The position numbers were made by a program, and so were the translations under genes. From an uncultured Arcobacter sp. (lineage in GTDB: Bacteria > Campylobacterota > Campylobacteria > Campylobacterales > Arcobacteraceae): a stretch of DNA of 64,000 bases. This document shows, in pieces, positions 20,626-30,012 of this stretch (the stretch's first letter is position 1; each line of letters begins with the position of its first letter). Under the pieces are notes generated by a model, which was not told the DNA's origin, made no database searches, and was given only the letters and a program-made list of their open reading frames with translations. The stretch is from positions 576,001 to 640,000 of the forward strand of contig OZ223300.1 in NCBI GenBank assembly GCA_965140705.1. The letters run 5' to 3'.

Positions 20626-21211
20626 GGGAAGAATTGCAGAAGAGACTTTAGACAAATTTGAGAAAGCTTTTGGTGAAAAGTTTATATTTGAAAAAAGAAA
20701 ATTAATTTTAGAGAAAAGTGGATTTAAATTTTTAAATGTAAGAAACCAAGATGTACCAACTTATGTAATGCATGGAGCTGCTGATTTAGGTGTTGTTGGC
20801 TTAGATGTTTTAGAAGAAAAAGAGTATGACTTAATCAAACTTCTTGATTTGCAATTAGGAAAGTGCAAAGTTGCTTTTGGACTTAGAAAGGGAGAAGAGT
20901 TAGACTTCTCTAAAAGTAAAATTACAGTTGCAACAAAACATGAAAAAATAGCAAAAAGATATTTTGAAGAAAAAGCCATGGCTGTTGAGATTATCAAACT
21001 TTATGGTTCAATAGAACTTGCACCTTTAGTTAATCTAAGTGATTGTATTGTGGATATTGTAGAAACTGGTGAAACGATGAAACAAAATGGCTTAGAAGTG
21101 GGTCCAACTATTATGTTAAGTAGTGCACACTTAATAGCAAACAAAAACTCATATTATGCAAAAAAAGATAAAATTTTAGAATTAAGAGAAAGAATCAAAG
21201 CAGTTTTATAA
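20603..21211 (+). CDS. hisG: ATP phosphoribosyltransferase, short form
   Basis: IALPKGR, GSIELAP and DIVETGET motifs. Confidence 0.95.
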   Translation: MLTIALPKGRIAEETLDKFEKAFGEKFIFEKRKLILEKSGFKFLNVRNQDVPTYVMHGAADLGVVGLDVLEEKEYDLIKLLDLQLGKCKVAFGLRKGEELDFSKSKITVATKHEKIAKRYFEEKAMAVEIIKLYGSIELAPLVNLSDCIVDIVETGETMKQNGLEVGPTIMLSSAHLIANKNSYYAKKDKILELRERIKAVL

Positions 21212-21909
21212 TGGGTCTAAATTTATATGCAAAAATAGAAGAGTATTTAGATTTTGAAGATGAGGTTTTTAGACTTCATAGTGAATTTATCTCTATAATA
21301 ATAGAAAAGAAACTTGACAATATCCTAGATGTAGGTTGTGGACAAGGCTCTTTTTTAAATCAATTAGCTACTTTAAAGTTAAACTCTTACGGTATAGATT
21401 TAAGTAGTGAACAAATAAAAATATGCAAAAAAAATGGCATCAAAAATGTAGCAAGTTTGCCTTTAAATGAAGTAAAAGAAAAATATGATTGCACAACTGC
21501 AATTTTTGATGTTATCAATTATATACCAAAAAAAGATGTAAAAACATTTTTTACTGAGATGAATCTTGTTTTAAATCAAGGCGGATATTTTATTTTTGAT
21601 GTAAACTCATTTTTTGGATTTGAAGATGTAGCACAAGGAACTTTGAGTATGGATTTAGGTGATAAATTTATAGTTATAGATGCCGTCTTTGAAGAAGAGA
21701 AACTATTTACAGATATTACCCTTTTTACACAAGATAAAAACAATCTTTTCAAAAAAGAGAATGATGCTATTATTCAATATTACTATGAAACAAATGAATT
21801 AAAAAAACTTCTAAAAGAGTCTGGTTTTGAAGTTGAAAGAGTAATTGAATTTAATCTGCATGACTATGGTCAAAATGATAAGGAAATATATATCTGTAAA
21901 AAATCTTAA
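21211..21909 (+). CDS. Class I SAM-dependent methyltransferase
   Basis: LDVGCGQG, GIDLS and GGYFIFD motifs. Confidence 0.88.
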   Translation: MGLNLYAKIEEYLDFEDEVFRLHSEFISIIIEKKLDNILDVGCGQGSFLNQLATLKLNSYGIDLSSEQIKICKKNGIKNVASLPLNEVKEKYDCTTAIFDVINYIPKKDVKTFFTEMNLVLNQGGYFIFDVNSFFGFEDVAQGTLSMDLGDKFIVIDAVFEEEKLFTDITLFTQDKNNLFKKENDAIIQYYYETNELKKLLKESGFEVERVIEFNLHDYGQNDKEIYICKKS

Positions 21910-21920
21910 AAGGATTTTTT

Positions 21921-22520
21921 ATGAACTACCCAGAATTTTTTGATAAAATTCCCCAAATAAAATTAATAGATAATCTTTCTAGCTTTTTAGGAGCCTTCAG
22001 TGATGGAGAGATTGTTTTCTCATATAAAGAGATAGTAAAAAGTGCAGGGCACTCTTGTCCTACAGTTTTAGGTGTATATCTTATGACTTATAAAGCTTTA
22101 AAAGAGCTGTATTCAAATGAAATACCAGTTCGAGGTGAAATCAAAATAGAGTTTCCTTCTAAACAAAGTGATGGTGTCACAGGAGTTATCTCAAATGTTA
22201 TGTCTAATATAACTGGTGCTACTTATGATACTGGATTTAAAGGTTTGGCTGGTAACTTCGATAGAAGACATTTGATGTTTTTTGAAAAAGATATTTCTTC
22301 AAATGCTAGATTTACAAGGATTGATACAAAAAATAGCGTAGATGTTTTTTATGATATTAGTTCAATAAACATGAGTGAAGAACTTCACTTTTTGATGCAA
22401 AAATCTCTTTCAAAAAAAGCAAATGAAAAAGAGATAAAAGAGTTTGGAAAACTTTGGCAAAAAAGAGTTGAAGAGATATTTAATAAAGTTGATGAGGTAA
22501 TAAGTGTAGTTAAAGTTTAA
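21921..22520 (+). CDS. FmdE-like putative metal-binding protein
   Basis: AGHSCP motif (HxCP type), ITGA...GFKGL. Confidence 0.55.
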   Translation: MNYPEFFDKIPQIKLIDNLSSFLGAFSDGEIVFSYKEIVKSAGHSCPTVLGVYLMTYKALKELYSNEIPVRGEIKIEFPSKQSDGVTGVISNVMSNITGATYDTGFKGLAGNFDRRHLMFFEKDISSNARFTRIDTKNSVDVFYDISSINMSEELHFLMQKSLSKKANEKEIKEFGKLWQKRVEEIFNKVDEVISVVKV

Positions 22521-22530
22521 CTACACTTTT
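22502..22530. terminator. Hairpin between the convergent FmdE-like gene and trpS
   Basis: AAGTGTAGTTAAA-g-TTTAACTACACTT inverted repeat followed by T's. Confidence 0.65.
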
Positions 22531-22534
22531 TATT

Positions 22535-23497
22535 TTATAGTCCTACTATATCTCTGATTTTTTCCATTTTAGCTTTTGCTATTTTGCCAGCTTTCTCAGC
22601 TCCAAATGCAAGTATTTCATGCACTTCTTTTGGATTATTTAAAAGCTCTTGTCTTCTTTGGGCATATGGTTCAAAATGTTCATTAATTTTATCTAATAGG
22701 GTCATTTTAAAGTGTCCATATCCTTCACCAGGAGTTGCATATCTTTCTCTTAGCTCTGCTAATTCTTCTTCATTCATAAATAGTTCACTAAGTTTATAAA
22801 TATTACAAGTTGAAGGATCTTTTACATCCTCTAATCCTTTAGAATCAGTTACTATTCCCATAACTTGTTTCTTGATTGTTTTGGCATTTCCAAACATATC
22901 AATTGTATTCCCATAAGATTTTGACATTTTTGCTCCATCAGTTCCAGGAACTGTTGCAACAACTTCATCAACTTTTGCTTCTGGTAATACTAAAATATCA
23001 GTTTTATAGTGGTTATTAAAACTATTTGCTATATCCCTTGTCATCTCCACATGTTGGATTTGATCTTTTCCAACTGGTACAATATTTGAGTCATATACTA
23101 AAATATCAGCAGCCATAAGTACAGGATAAGAAAATAGTCCATGATTTGTTTGGAATCCACGAGCTACTTTATCTTTATAAGAATGTGCTCGTTCAAGTAA
23201 ACCCATAGATGTATGATTTGATAAAAGCCAGTATAACTCTAGTACTTCTTTTACATGGTGTTGTACCCAAAAAGTTGATTTTTCTGGATCCATTCCAAGT
23301 GCTAAAAAGTTTACTGCTACTTCAAAGATATTTTTTTCTAAAACTTCTTTTTCTTTAACAGTTGTCAAGGCATGATATGAAGCAATAAAGGCAAAAAGTT
23401 CACCATCATCTTGCGATTCAATCATTTTTTTAATCATTCCAAAGTAGTTACCTATATGAATAATTCCTGAGGGTTGTATTCCTGAAAGTATTCTCAA
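22535..23497 (-). CDS. trpS: Tryptophan-tRNA ligase
   Basis: HIGN, YPVLMAADIL, VPVGKDQ and KMSKS motifs. Confidence 0.97.
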   Translation of the reverse strand: MRILSGIQPSGIIHIGNYFGMIKKMIESQDDGELFAFIASYHALTTVKEKEVLEKNIFEVAVNFLALGMDPEKSTFWVQHHVKEVLELYWLLSNHTSMGLLERAHSYKDKVARGFQTNHGLFSYPVLMAADILVYDSNIVPVGKDQIQHVEMTRDIANSFNNHYKTDILVLPEAKVDEVVATVPGTDGAKMSKSYGNTIDMFGNAKTIKKQVMGIVTDSKGLEDVKDPSTCNIYKLSELFMNEEELAELRERYATPGEGYGHFKMTLLDKINEHFEPYAQRRQELLNNPKEVHEILAFGAEKAGKIAKAKMEKIRDIVGL

Positions 23498-23531
23498 ATC
23501 TTAATCCTTATAAAAAATTTCAGAATTATAC

Positions 23532-24824
23532 CTAATTGTTGATTTGTGTTAGATTTAGTCTCTCTTTGATTTTATTTTGGATTAGTTCTAAGTGAACCAT
23601 CAAGTTATAATATTCACCCATAAAAGATAAGGGAACTTTTGTCTCTTTTTGTATTTCAATACTTAACTCATCAAGCTCATTATTAAAGCTTTCAAGCTCT
23701 TCATTATTTGCTGTGGCTATTTTTTTGTCAATTCTGTTTAATATTTTATACCATCTATATATTTTTGAACGCATACTCCATTGGTATAAAGGGAAAACAC
23801 CTTTAAAAAGTGGAAACATCAAAGTTAATAATGGGATTAAAAGAAGTTTTAATCTATCAATATTAGAGGCAATCCAATAGGGGAATATTGTCTCTAACCA
23901 AGTATCTCCATGGGTAAAATACTGTTTTGCCTCTTTGTTTATTTTAAGGTTAGTATTTAACAAATTGGGGAATTGATTCTCTTTTGCAAATAAAGACTCT
24001 TTTGAATGTATTAGTTTAACTTGTTTTAAAAAAAGTCGAGTAAGTTCTGCTGGAACATTTTTATTAACTAATAAACTAGCACTTGTAGATAATAAATTTA
24101 TATTTTCATCTGGAATATTTTTATATAAATCAAGTGTTCCCTCATAAAGAGTTAATGCTGTCAAGAATCCATATTTCTGTCCATAAGCTTTTGCTCTTTT
24201 TATACTTAAAACATTTATTTTTGGATTTTCAAGTAACTCTTTTACTACAGGTGATTTATGTGAAGTTACCATAAACATAGCATCAATTTTACCATCAAGA
24301 AGCATTTTTTTTGAAGTTTGTGTATCAAGGGATAAAATTGTGCTATTGCTATTGTCTATTCCATTGTCTTGTAGAAGTTTCATAGCTAAATCTTTTGTGC
24401 CACTACCATCTTCACCAATAGATATTTTTTTAGTGATTAATTGAATAAGATAATCAATTGTATATTGGTCATTTTTATAAAATATCCATAAGGGTTCATA
24501 ATAAATATTCCCCAAAAATTCTATATTTGGTTCTGTAGCATCTATTATGCCATTTTGTGCAAAGGCAATATCTGCTTTTCCTTCTTTGAGAAGTTTTATA
24601 TTTTCTACTGAACCTTTTGTAATAAGTAAAGTTACATCTATTTTGTTCTCTTCTAAAAGTTTTTTATACTCTTTTGCTATTTTATAATAATTGCCATCTT
24701 TTGCCCCAGTTGCAATAACTAGTTTTTTTATAGGAGCTGGTTGAATAAACTTTGAGGTTATAGCAAACATAGCAATAATAACAATCAAAATTGGAATAGA
24801 TATTTTTAAAAAACCATATTTCAT
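23532..24824 (-). CDS. TAXI-family solute-binding protein with C-terminal TM/helical extension
   Basis: IATG...GNY, TKGSVEN, YYEPLWIF and GEDGSGT motifs, plus an extra hydrophobic segment. Confidence 0.8.
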   Translation of the reverse strand: MKYGFLKISIPILIVIIAMFAITSKFIQPAPIKKLVIATGAKDGNYYKIAKEYKKLLEENKIDVTLLITKGSVENIKLLKEGKADIAFAQNGIIDATEPNIEFLGNIYYEPLWIFYKNDQYTIDYLIQLITKKISIGEDGSGTKDLAMKLLQDNGIDNSNSTILSLDTQTSKKMLLDGKIDAMFMVTSHKSPVVKELLENPKINVLSIKRAKAYGQKYGFLTALTLYEGTLDLYKNIPDENINLLSTSASLLVNKNVPAELTRLFLKQVKLIHSKESLFAKENQFPNLLNTNLKINKEAKQYFTHGDTWLETIFPYWIASNIDRLKLLLIPLLTLMFPLFKGVFPLYQWSMRSKIYRWYKILNRIDKKIATANNEELESFNNELDELSIEIQKETKVPLSFMGEYYNLMVHLELIQNKIKERLNLTQINN

Positions 24825-24900
24825 AAATCTTCCTTATAACAAATACTTTATATTAATTGTAATTATAACATGATAAAAAATTTGATTTGTAGATAACTTT

Positions 24901-24914
24901 TGTTATAATTCGCG
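24901..24914 (+). promoter_or_regulatory. Probable extended -10 (TGnTATAAT) with GC-rich discriminator for serS
   Basis: TGTTATAATTCGCG; the same TATAATTCGCG occurs upstream of rpsO. Confidence 0.55.
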
Positions 24915-24938
24915 AAATATTTAAAGAAAAGTAGAAAA

Positions 24939-26183
24939 ATGATTGATATTAAACTATTACAAAAAGATTTTGATGGAGTTGCAACAGCTTTAAATAGAAA
25001 AGGTGTTAGCCAAGATATTTTAGATAATTTAAAAGCCCTTTCAGTTGATGCAAAAGCTAAAAGACAAGAGATGGAAAATGTAACTGCTGAACAAAATTCT
25101 TTATCAAAAGAGTTTGGTAGATATAGAAAAGAGGGGCTAGATATTGCACCTTTACAAGAAAATATTAATAAACTTAAAAATCAAAAACAAGAGTTTGAAG
25201 AGCAAGTTAGAGTTTTAGAAGAAGAACTTTCATCTATAATTCTAGGTGTTCCAAATATGCCAGATAGTGATGTACCAGATGGTGCAGATGAGAATGAAAA
25301 TGTAGTATTAGAAACTATTGGAGAAAAACCAAACTTTTCTTTTGAGCCAAAAGAGCATTGGGATTTAGGTGAAAGTAATGGAACGCTAGATTTTACAAGA
25401 GGTGTAAAACTTGCAAAATCAAGATTTACAGCTATGAGAGGGCAAGCTGCAAAATTAGAGAGAGCACTTATTAACTATATGCTTAAGTTTAACGCAGAAC
25501 GAGGTTTTGAAGAGTGGTATGTTCCCTTTATGGCAAATACAAATACACTTCAAGGAACTGGACAACTACCAAAATTTGGTGATGATTTATTTAAAATTGA
25601 GGGTGAAGATTTATATTTGATTCCAACTGCTGAGGTTGCTTTAACAAACCTTTATAATGATGAAATCATACCAGTAGAAGAGTTACCTTATCTTATGACT
25701 TCTTATACTCCTTGTTTTAGAAAAGAAGCTGGAAGTGCAGGAAGAGATACTAGAGGATTGATTCGTCAACATCAGTTTGATAAAGTTGAAATGGTAGCTA
25801 TTACTACACAAGAACAAAGTGAAGAGGTATTTGACAAAATGGTTGCTTGTGCAAGTGATTTATTGACTTCTCTTGGACTTGCTCACCAAAAAGTTATGCT
25901 TTGTACTGGAGATTTAGGATTTAGTGCTACAAGAACTATTGACTTAGAAGTTTGGTTACCAGGTCAAGGTAAATATAGAGAAATCTCTTCAATTTCAAAT
26001 ACAAGAGATTTCCAAGCAAGACGAGCAAAAATAAGATATAAAGATGGTAAGAAAAATATCTTAGCTCACACATTAAATGGCTCTTCTTTAGCAGTTGGGC
26101 GAACACTTGTGGCTATTATGGAAAACTATCAACAAGAAGATGGAACTATTACTATTCCAGAAGTTTTAAAAAAATATATGTAA
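24939..26183 (+). CDS. serS: Serine-tRNA ligase
   Basis: [23 protein letters not shown] and TLNGS motifs. Confidence 0.97.
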   Translation: MIDIKLLQKDFDGVATALNRKGVSQDILDNLKALSVDAKAKRQEMENVTAEQNSLSKEFGRYRKEGLDIAPLQENINKLKNQKQEFEEQVRVLEEELSSIILGVPNMPDSDVPDGADENENVVLETIGEKPNFSFEPKEHWDLGESNGTLDFTRGVKLAKSRFTAMRGQAAKLERALINYMLKFNAERGFEEWYVPFMANTNTLQGTGQLPKFGDDLFKIEGEDLYLIPTAEVALTNLYNDEIIPVEELPYLMTSYTPCFRKEAGSAGRDTRGLIRQHQFDKVEMVAITTQEQSEEVFDKMVACASDLLTSLGLAHQKVMLCTGDLGFSATRTIDLEVWLPGQGKYREISSISNTRDFQARRAKIRYKDGKKNILAHTLNGSSLAVGRTLVAIMENYQQEDGTITIPEVLKKYM

Positions 26184-26210
26184 AAAGTAGAAATCTATTT
26201 TCTACTTTTT
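26182..26210. terminator. Bidirectional terminator between serS and the XRE regulator
   Basis: AAAAAGTAGAAA...TTTCTACTTTTT inverted repeat. Confidence 0.7.
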
Positions 26211-26802
26211 AAAAAGAAACAGGAGTAATTACAGATAAATAAGAGGCTTTTTTTGAACTTCTATTTTCTATTTTATGTGGAATTTCAGGATTGAATCTTA
26301 TACAATCACCCTGAGATAAGGCAAACTCTTTTTCATTTAAAGTAACAACAATCTCACCTTCTAATACATAATCACACTCTTCACCACCTTTAGTGTGAGG
26401 AATCAACTCTTCAGTTATTCTATTTGGTTCCATATTTACTTGCAAGAATTCAATCTCACCTTGTAAATCAGGGACAAGTAGTTCACAAGTATATTGAGGA
26501 TCAGGGAAAGATATTTTCTTTCTTTGGTCTTTTCTTACAACATAAGAGTTTTCATTATCTAGATTTTTTGGGCTTGTTGCCAAATCACTATCTTCACTGT
26601 TTGTAAATAAATGGGCAATAGTTACACCTAAAACCTTTGCAATTTTTCTTAGAGTCTCAACTGAACCTTGTGTTGATCCACTTTCTAAAAGTGAAAGCAT
26701 TCCATATGAGATACCAGCATTTTTTGCTAGTTCTTTTGCATTCATCTTTTTTTCTTTTCTAAGAAATTTTATTTTTTTACCTACATTAAATTCTTCAGTC
26801 AA
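26209..26802 (-). CDS. XRE-family HTH regulator with cupin domain
   Basis: N-terminal HTH (GKKIKFLRK...LSLLESG) and cupin (H..GEECDYVLEG...PH). Likely TTG start at 26802 after AAGGG. Confidence 0.88.
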   Translation of the reverse strand: MTEEFNVGKKIKFLRKEKKMNAKELAKNAGISYGMLSLLESGSTQGSVETLRKIAKVLGVTIAHLFTNSEDSDLATSPKNLDNENSYVVRKDQRKKISFPDPQYTCELLVPDLQGEIEFLQVNMEPNRITEELIPHTKGGEECDYVLEGEIVVTLNEKEFALSQGDCIRFNPEIPHKIENRSSKKASYLSVITPVSF

Positions 26803-27020
26803 AATCTGCCCTTTAAGTAATAATTTCAATTCTAACATAAATTTTCTTAACCAAATAAAATATAATATTTAACTAAATTAAACTATTTAATAAAAATTTG
26901 TATAATTTTTATACAAAAAGTTACTAAAAATCATAAAATATATGTTATTATTTAATTATATTAAAATATTTAATTAAAATGTAGTATATTTTAATATAAT
27001 TAACATATCATGGATTTAAA

Positions 27021-28166
27021 ATGTTTAATAGTATTAAAAAGAATGTTGTGATTATAGGTGCAGGTTATAGTGGTATTTCCTTAGTTGAGAAAATCAGTAA
27101 CAATAAAAATCTTGAAATAACTTTGATAGATAAAAATCTACATCATTTACATCAAACTGATATTCATAAATATATAAGTGGAGAATGTGAATTAGAAGAT
27201 ATATCTTTTAATTTAGAGACATATTGTATGAATAAAAATATTAAATTTATTGAAGCTTTTGTAAAAGATATTGAATTTAAAACGAAAAGAGTAATTCTAA
27301 ACAATGACAAAAATCTAAAATATGATTATTTAGTTATTGCAACTGGAAGTAAATCATTCTTTCCAAATCAAATAAAAAATATTCAAGAGTATAAAGCTGA
27401 TATAAAAGAGATAAATATACTAAAAGAGCAAAGAGCAAAATTTTTAGATATTTTGCACTCAAAAAAGAAAGGGAAAAATATTGCAATTGTAGGCGGTGGA
27501 TTATCTGGTGTTGAGATTGCTTTAGAATTTGCAAATGTAATAAAAAAAAGAGGTTTGACAAAGAAAGATTGTGAAATTTCTTTAATCGAACAATTTCCAG
27601 ATGTGTTACCAAATATGGACTCTTTTTTAGTGAATCAGGCAAGAAAAGCTTGTGATAAATTAAATATCAAAAGGTATCATGGAGCTTTTGTTAATGAGGT
27701 AAAAGAGAACACAATTTATTTAAGTGATTCAAGTGAGATTCCATTTGATATGGTACTTTTTTTGATAGGAGTTTCTAGTGAAAAATTATCAAATGATGAA
27801 AGAGCACAAACTAATATTAAAAATCAATTTTTGGTTGATGAATATTTACGACTAATAAATTATGAAGAGGTTTTTGTTATGGGAGATGTGGCAGAAACAA
27901 AAGATAAAAATGGAAATTATGTTTTACCAACAGCACAAATTGCAAAATTACATGCAAATATAGTGGCTGAGAATTTATTAAATTCTATAGGGGGAAACTT
28001 ATTGATTAAAAATAAATCACAGACAAAAGGAGTTATGGTAGATTTGGCAGATAAAAATACAGTAGGAATAGTTTTAGGTATAAAAGTAAAGGGCTTTATA
28101 GCTTACTTTTTAAAAAGATATATAAGTAACACACACAAAAAAATATTTAATTATTATAAAGGATAA
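27021..28166 (+). CDS. NAD(P)/FAD oxidoreductase, type II NADH dehydrogenase-like
   Basis: IIGAGYSG, YDYLVIATG, IVGGGLSGVE, MGD and PTAQIA motifs. Confidence 0.8.
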   Translation: MFNSIKKNVVIIGAGYSGISLVEKISNNKNLEITLIDKNLHHLHQTDIHKYISGECELEDISFNLETYCMNKNIKFIEAFVKDIEFKTKRVILNNDKNLKYDYLVIATGSKSFFPNQIKNIQEYKADIKEINILKEQRAKFLDILHSKKKGKNIAIVGGGLSGVEIALEFANVIKKRGLTKKDCEISLIEQFPDVLPNMDSFLVNQARKACDKLNIKRYHGAFVNEVKENTIYLSDSSEIPFDMVLFLIGVSSEKLSNDERAQTNIKNQFLVDEYLRLINYEEVFVMGDVAETKDKNGNYVLPTAQIAKLHANIVAENLLNSIGGNLLIKNKSQTKGVMVDLADKNTVGIVLGIKVKGFIAYFLKRYISNTHKKIFNYYKG

Positions 28167-28170
28167 GAAG

Positions 28171-29277
28171 ATGAAAATTGGATTAGTAAAAGAGATTAAA
28201 GTACATGAGTATAGAGTTGGTTTAACACCTGATGATGTTGCAGCATATGTAAATAACGGACATACTGTTTTTGTTGAAATTGATGCAGGTATTGGGGCTG
28301 GATTTGAAAATGAAGAGTATGTAAAAGCTGGTGGAATAATTGTTGAAGATAAACAAAAACTTTTTGATGATTCTGAAATGATTGTAAAAGTAAAAGAACC
28401 ATTACCAGAGGAGTATGATTTCTTCCATGAAGGTCAAATCTTATATACATATTTACATATAGCAGCTGATAAACCACAAGCTGAAATGCTACTGTCTAAA
28501 AAAGTAAAAGCAGTAGCATATGAAACTATTACATCTGCTGAGGGTGGATTACCTTGTCTAACTCCTATGAGTGAGATTGCAGGAAGATTAGCAGCTCAAG
28601 AGGGCGCAAAATATTTAGAAAAACCATTTGGTGGAAGAGGTGTTTTATTAGGTGGAGTTCCAGGTGTTCAAAAGGGTAATGTTGTAATTATTGGTGGTGG
28701 AATGGTTGGACTTAATGCTTGTAAAATGTGTGTAGGATTAGGTGCAAATGTAACTGTTATGGATATTTCAGCTTCAAGATTAGCTTATTATGATGATTTA
28801 TTTGGTTCAAAAGTAAATACTTTATTTTCAAATAGATCAAATATCTTAAAATCAATCAAAGAAGCAGATTTAATAATAGGTGCTGTTTTAATTCCAGGTG
28901 CTGCTGCTCCTAAACTTATCTCTAAAGATGATTTAAAACTTATGAAAAAAAATGCAGTTGTAGTTGATGTTGCAATTGACCAAGGTGGTTGTTTTGAAAC
29001 TTCAAAAGCTACTTATCATGATAATCCAACTTATGTGGTAAATGATGTATTGCATTATTGTGTTGCAAATATGCCAGGAGCTGTATCTTTAACTTCTACT
29101 TTAGCATTAACAGCTACTACCTTAAGACATGGTTTAGCAATTGCTAATAAAGGTTTAGAAAAAGCATTAGCTGATGATAAACACTTATTAAATGGTCTTA
29201 ATACTTATGATGGGAAATTGACAAATGAAGCTGTTGCAAAAAGTTTAAATATTGCATATGAACCTGTAACTTTCTAA
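28171..29277 (+). CDS. ald: Alanine dehydrogenase
   Basis: KEIKVHEYRV, KVKEP, PMSEIAG, DVAIDQGG and YCVANMPG motifs. Confidence 0.95.
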   Translation: MKIGLVKEIKVHEYRVGLTPDDVAAYVNNGHTVFVEIDAGIGAGFENEEYVKAGGIIVEDKQKLFDDSEMIVKVKEPLPEEYDFFHEGQILYTYLHIAADKPQAEMLLSKKVKAVAYETITSAEGGLPCLTPMSEIAGRLAAQEGAKYLEKPFGGRGVLLGGVPGVQKGNVVIIGGGMVGLNACKMCVGLGANVTVMDISASRLAYYDDLFGSKVNTLFSNRSNILKSIKEADLIIGAVLIPGAAAPKLISKDDLKLMKKNAVVVDVAIDQGGCFETSKATYHDNPTYVVNDVLHYCVANMPGAVSLTSTLALTATTLRHGLAIANKGLEKALADDKHLLNGLNTYDGKLTNEAVAKSLNIAYEPVTF

Positions 29278-29293
29278 ATTAACTATAAATTTT

Positions 29294-29325
29294 TTAAAGC
29301 CAATAATTTATATTATTGGCTTTAA
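29294..29325 (+). terminator. Hairpin terminator after ald
   Basis: TTAAAGCCAATAAT...ATTATTGGCTTTAA inverted repeat. Confidence 0.7.
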
Positions 29326-29370
29326 TTTAATATTACTTTTGTATAATTTTTCCTTTTTTAAGGAATCTTC

Positions 29371-30000
29371 ATGTTTGATTATATAAATATATCAATTTTA
29401 GCAATTTTTATCCCAACTTTCTTTTTTGTTTCAATTACTCCAGGAATGTGTATGACTTTATCTTTAAGTATGGGGATGAGCATTGGTTTGAAAAAAACAA
29501 TGTATATGATGATAGGAGAACTTTTGGGAGTAGGGTTAGTTGCCACTTCTTCAGTTATTGGTGTTGCTGCTATTATGCTAAATCATCCAACTATTTTTTT
29601 AGTTTTAAAATATTGTGGAGGGGCTTATTTAATATATTTAGGTGTAACTATGTGGTTATCAAGAGGAAAAATGGCTTTAAATTTAGAAGAGTGTAGTTTT
29701 AATGTTTCTAGAAGGAATCTTGCTATGCAAGGTTTTGTAACAGCAATTGCAAATCCAAAAGGCTGGGCTTTTTTTATCGCTTTATTACCACCATTTATTG
29801 ATGAAAATTTAGCTTATGTACCCCAATTAGCTGTTTTGATATTTTTGATACTTTTACTTGAATTTTCTTGTTTGATTATATATGCCACGGGTGGAACTAC
29901 TTTAAGAAAGTTATTACAAAACTCTTCAAATGTAAAACTATTAAATAAAATAGCTGGTTCTATGATGATAGGAATAGGAATTTGGTTAGCCTTAACCTAA
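29371..30000 (+). CDS. LysE/RhtB-family amino-acid exporter
   Basis: SITPG, GGAYLIYLG and ANPKG motifs. Confidence 0.88.
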   Translation: MFDYINISILAIFIPTFFFVSITPGMCMTLSLSMGMSIGLKKTMYMMIGELLGVGLVATSSVIGVAAIMLNHPTIFLVLKYCGGAYLIYLGVTMWLSRGKMALNLEECSFNVSRRNLAMQGFVTAIANPKGWAFFIALLPPFIDENLAYVPQLAVLIFLILLLEFSCLIIYATGGTTLRKLLQNSSNVKLLNKIAGSMMIGIGIWLALT

Positions 30001-30012
30001 ATTCCTATAAAA

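Noticed and set aside
20603..21211. hisG looks truncated
   Set aside because: This is the known short form that works with HisZ.
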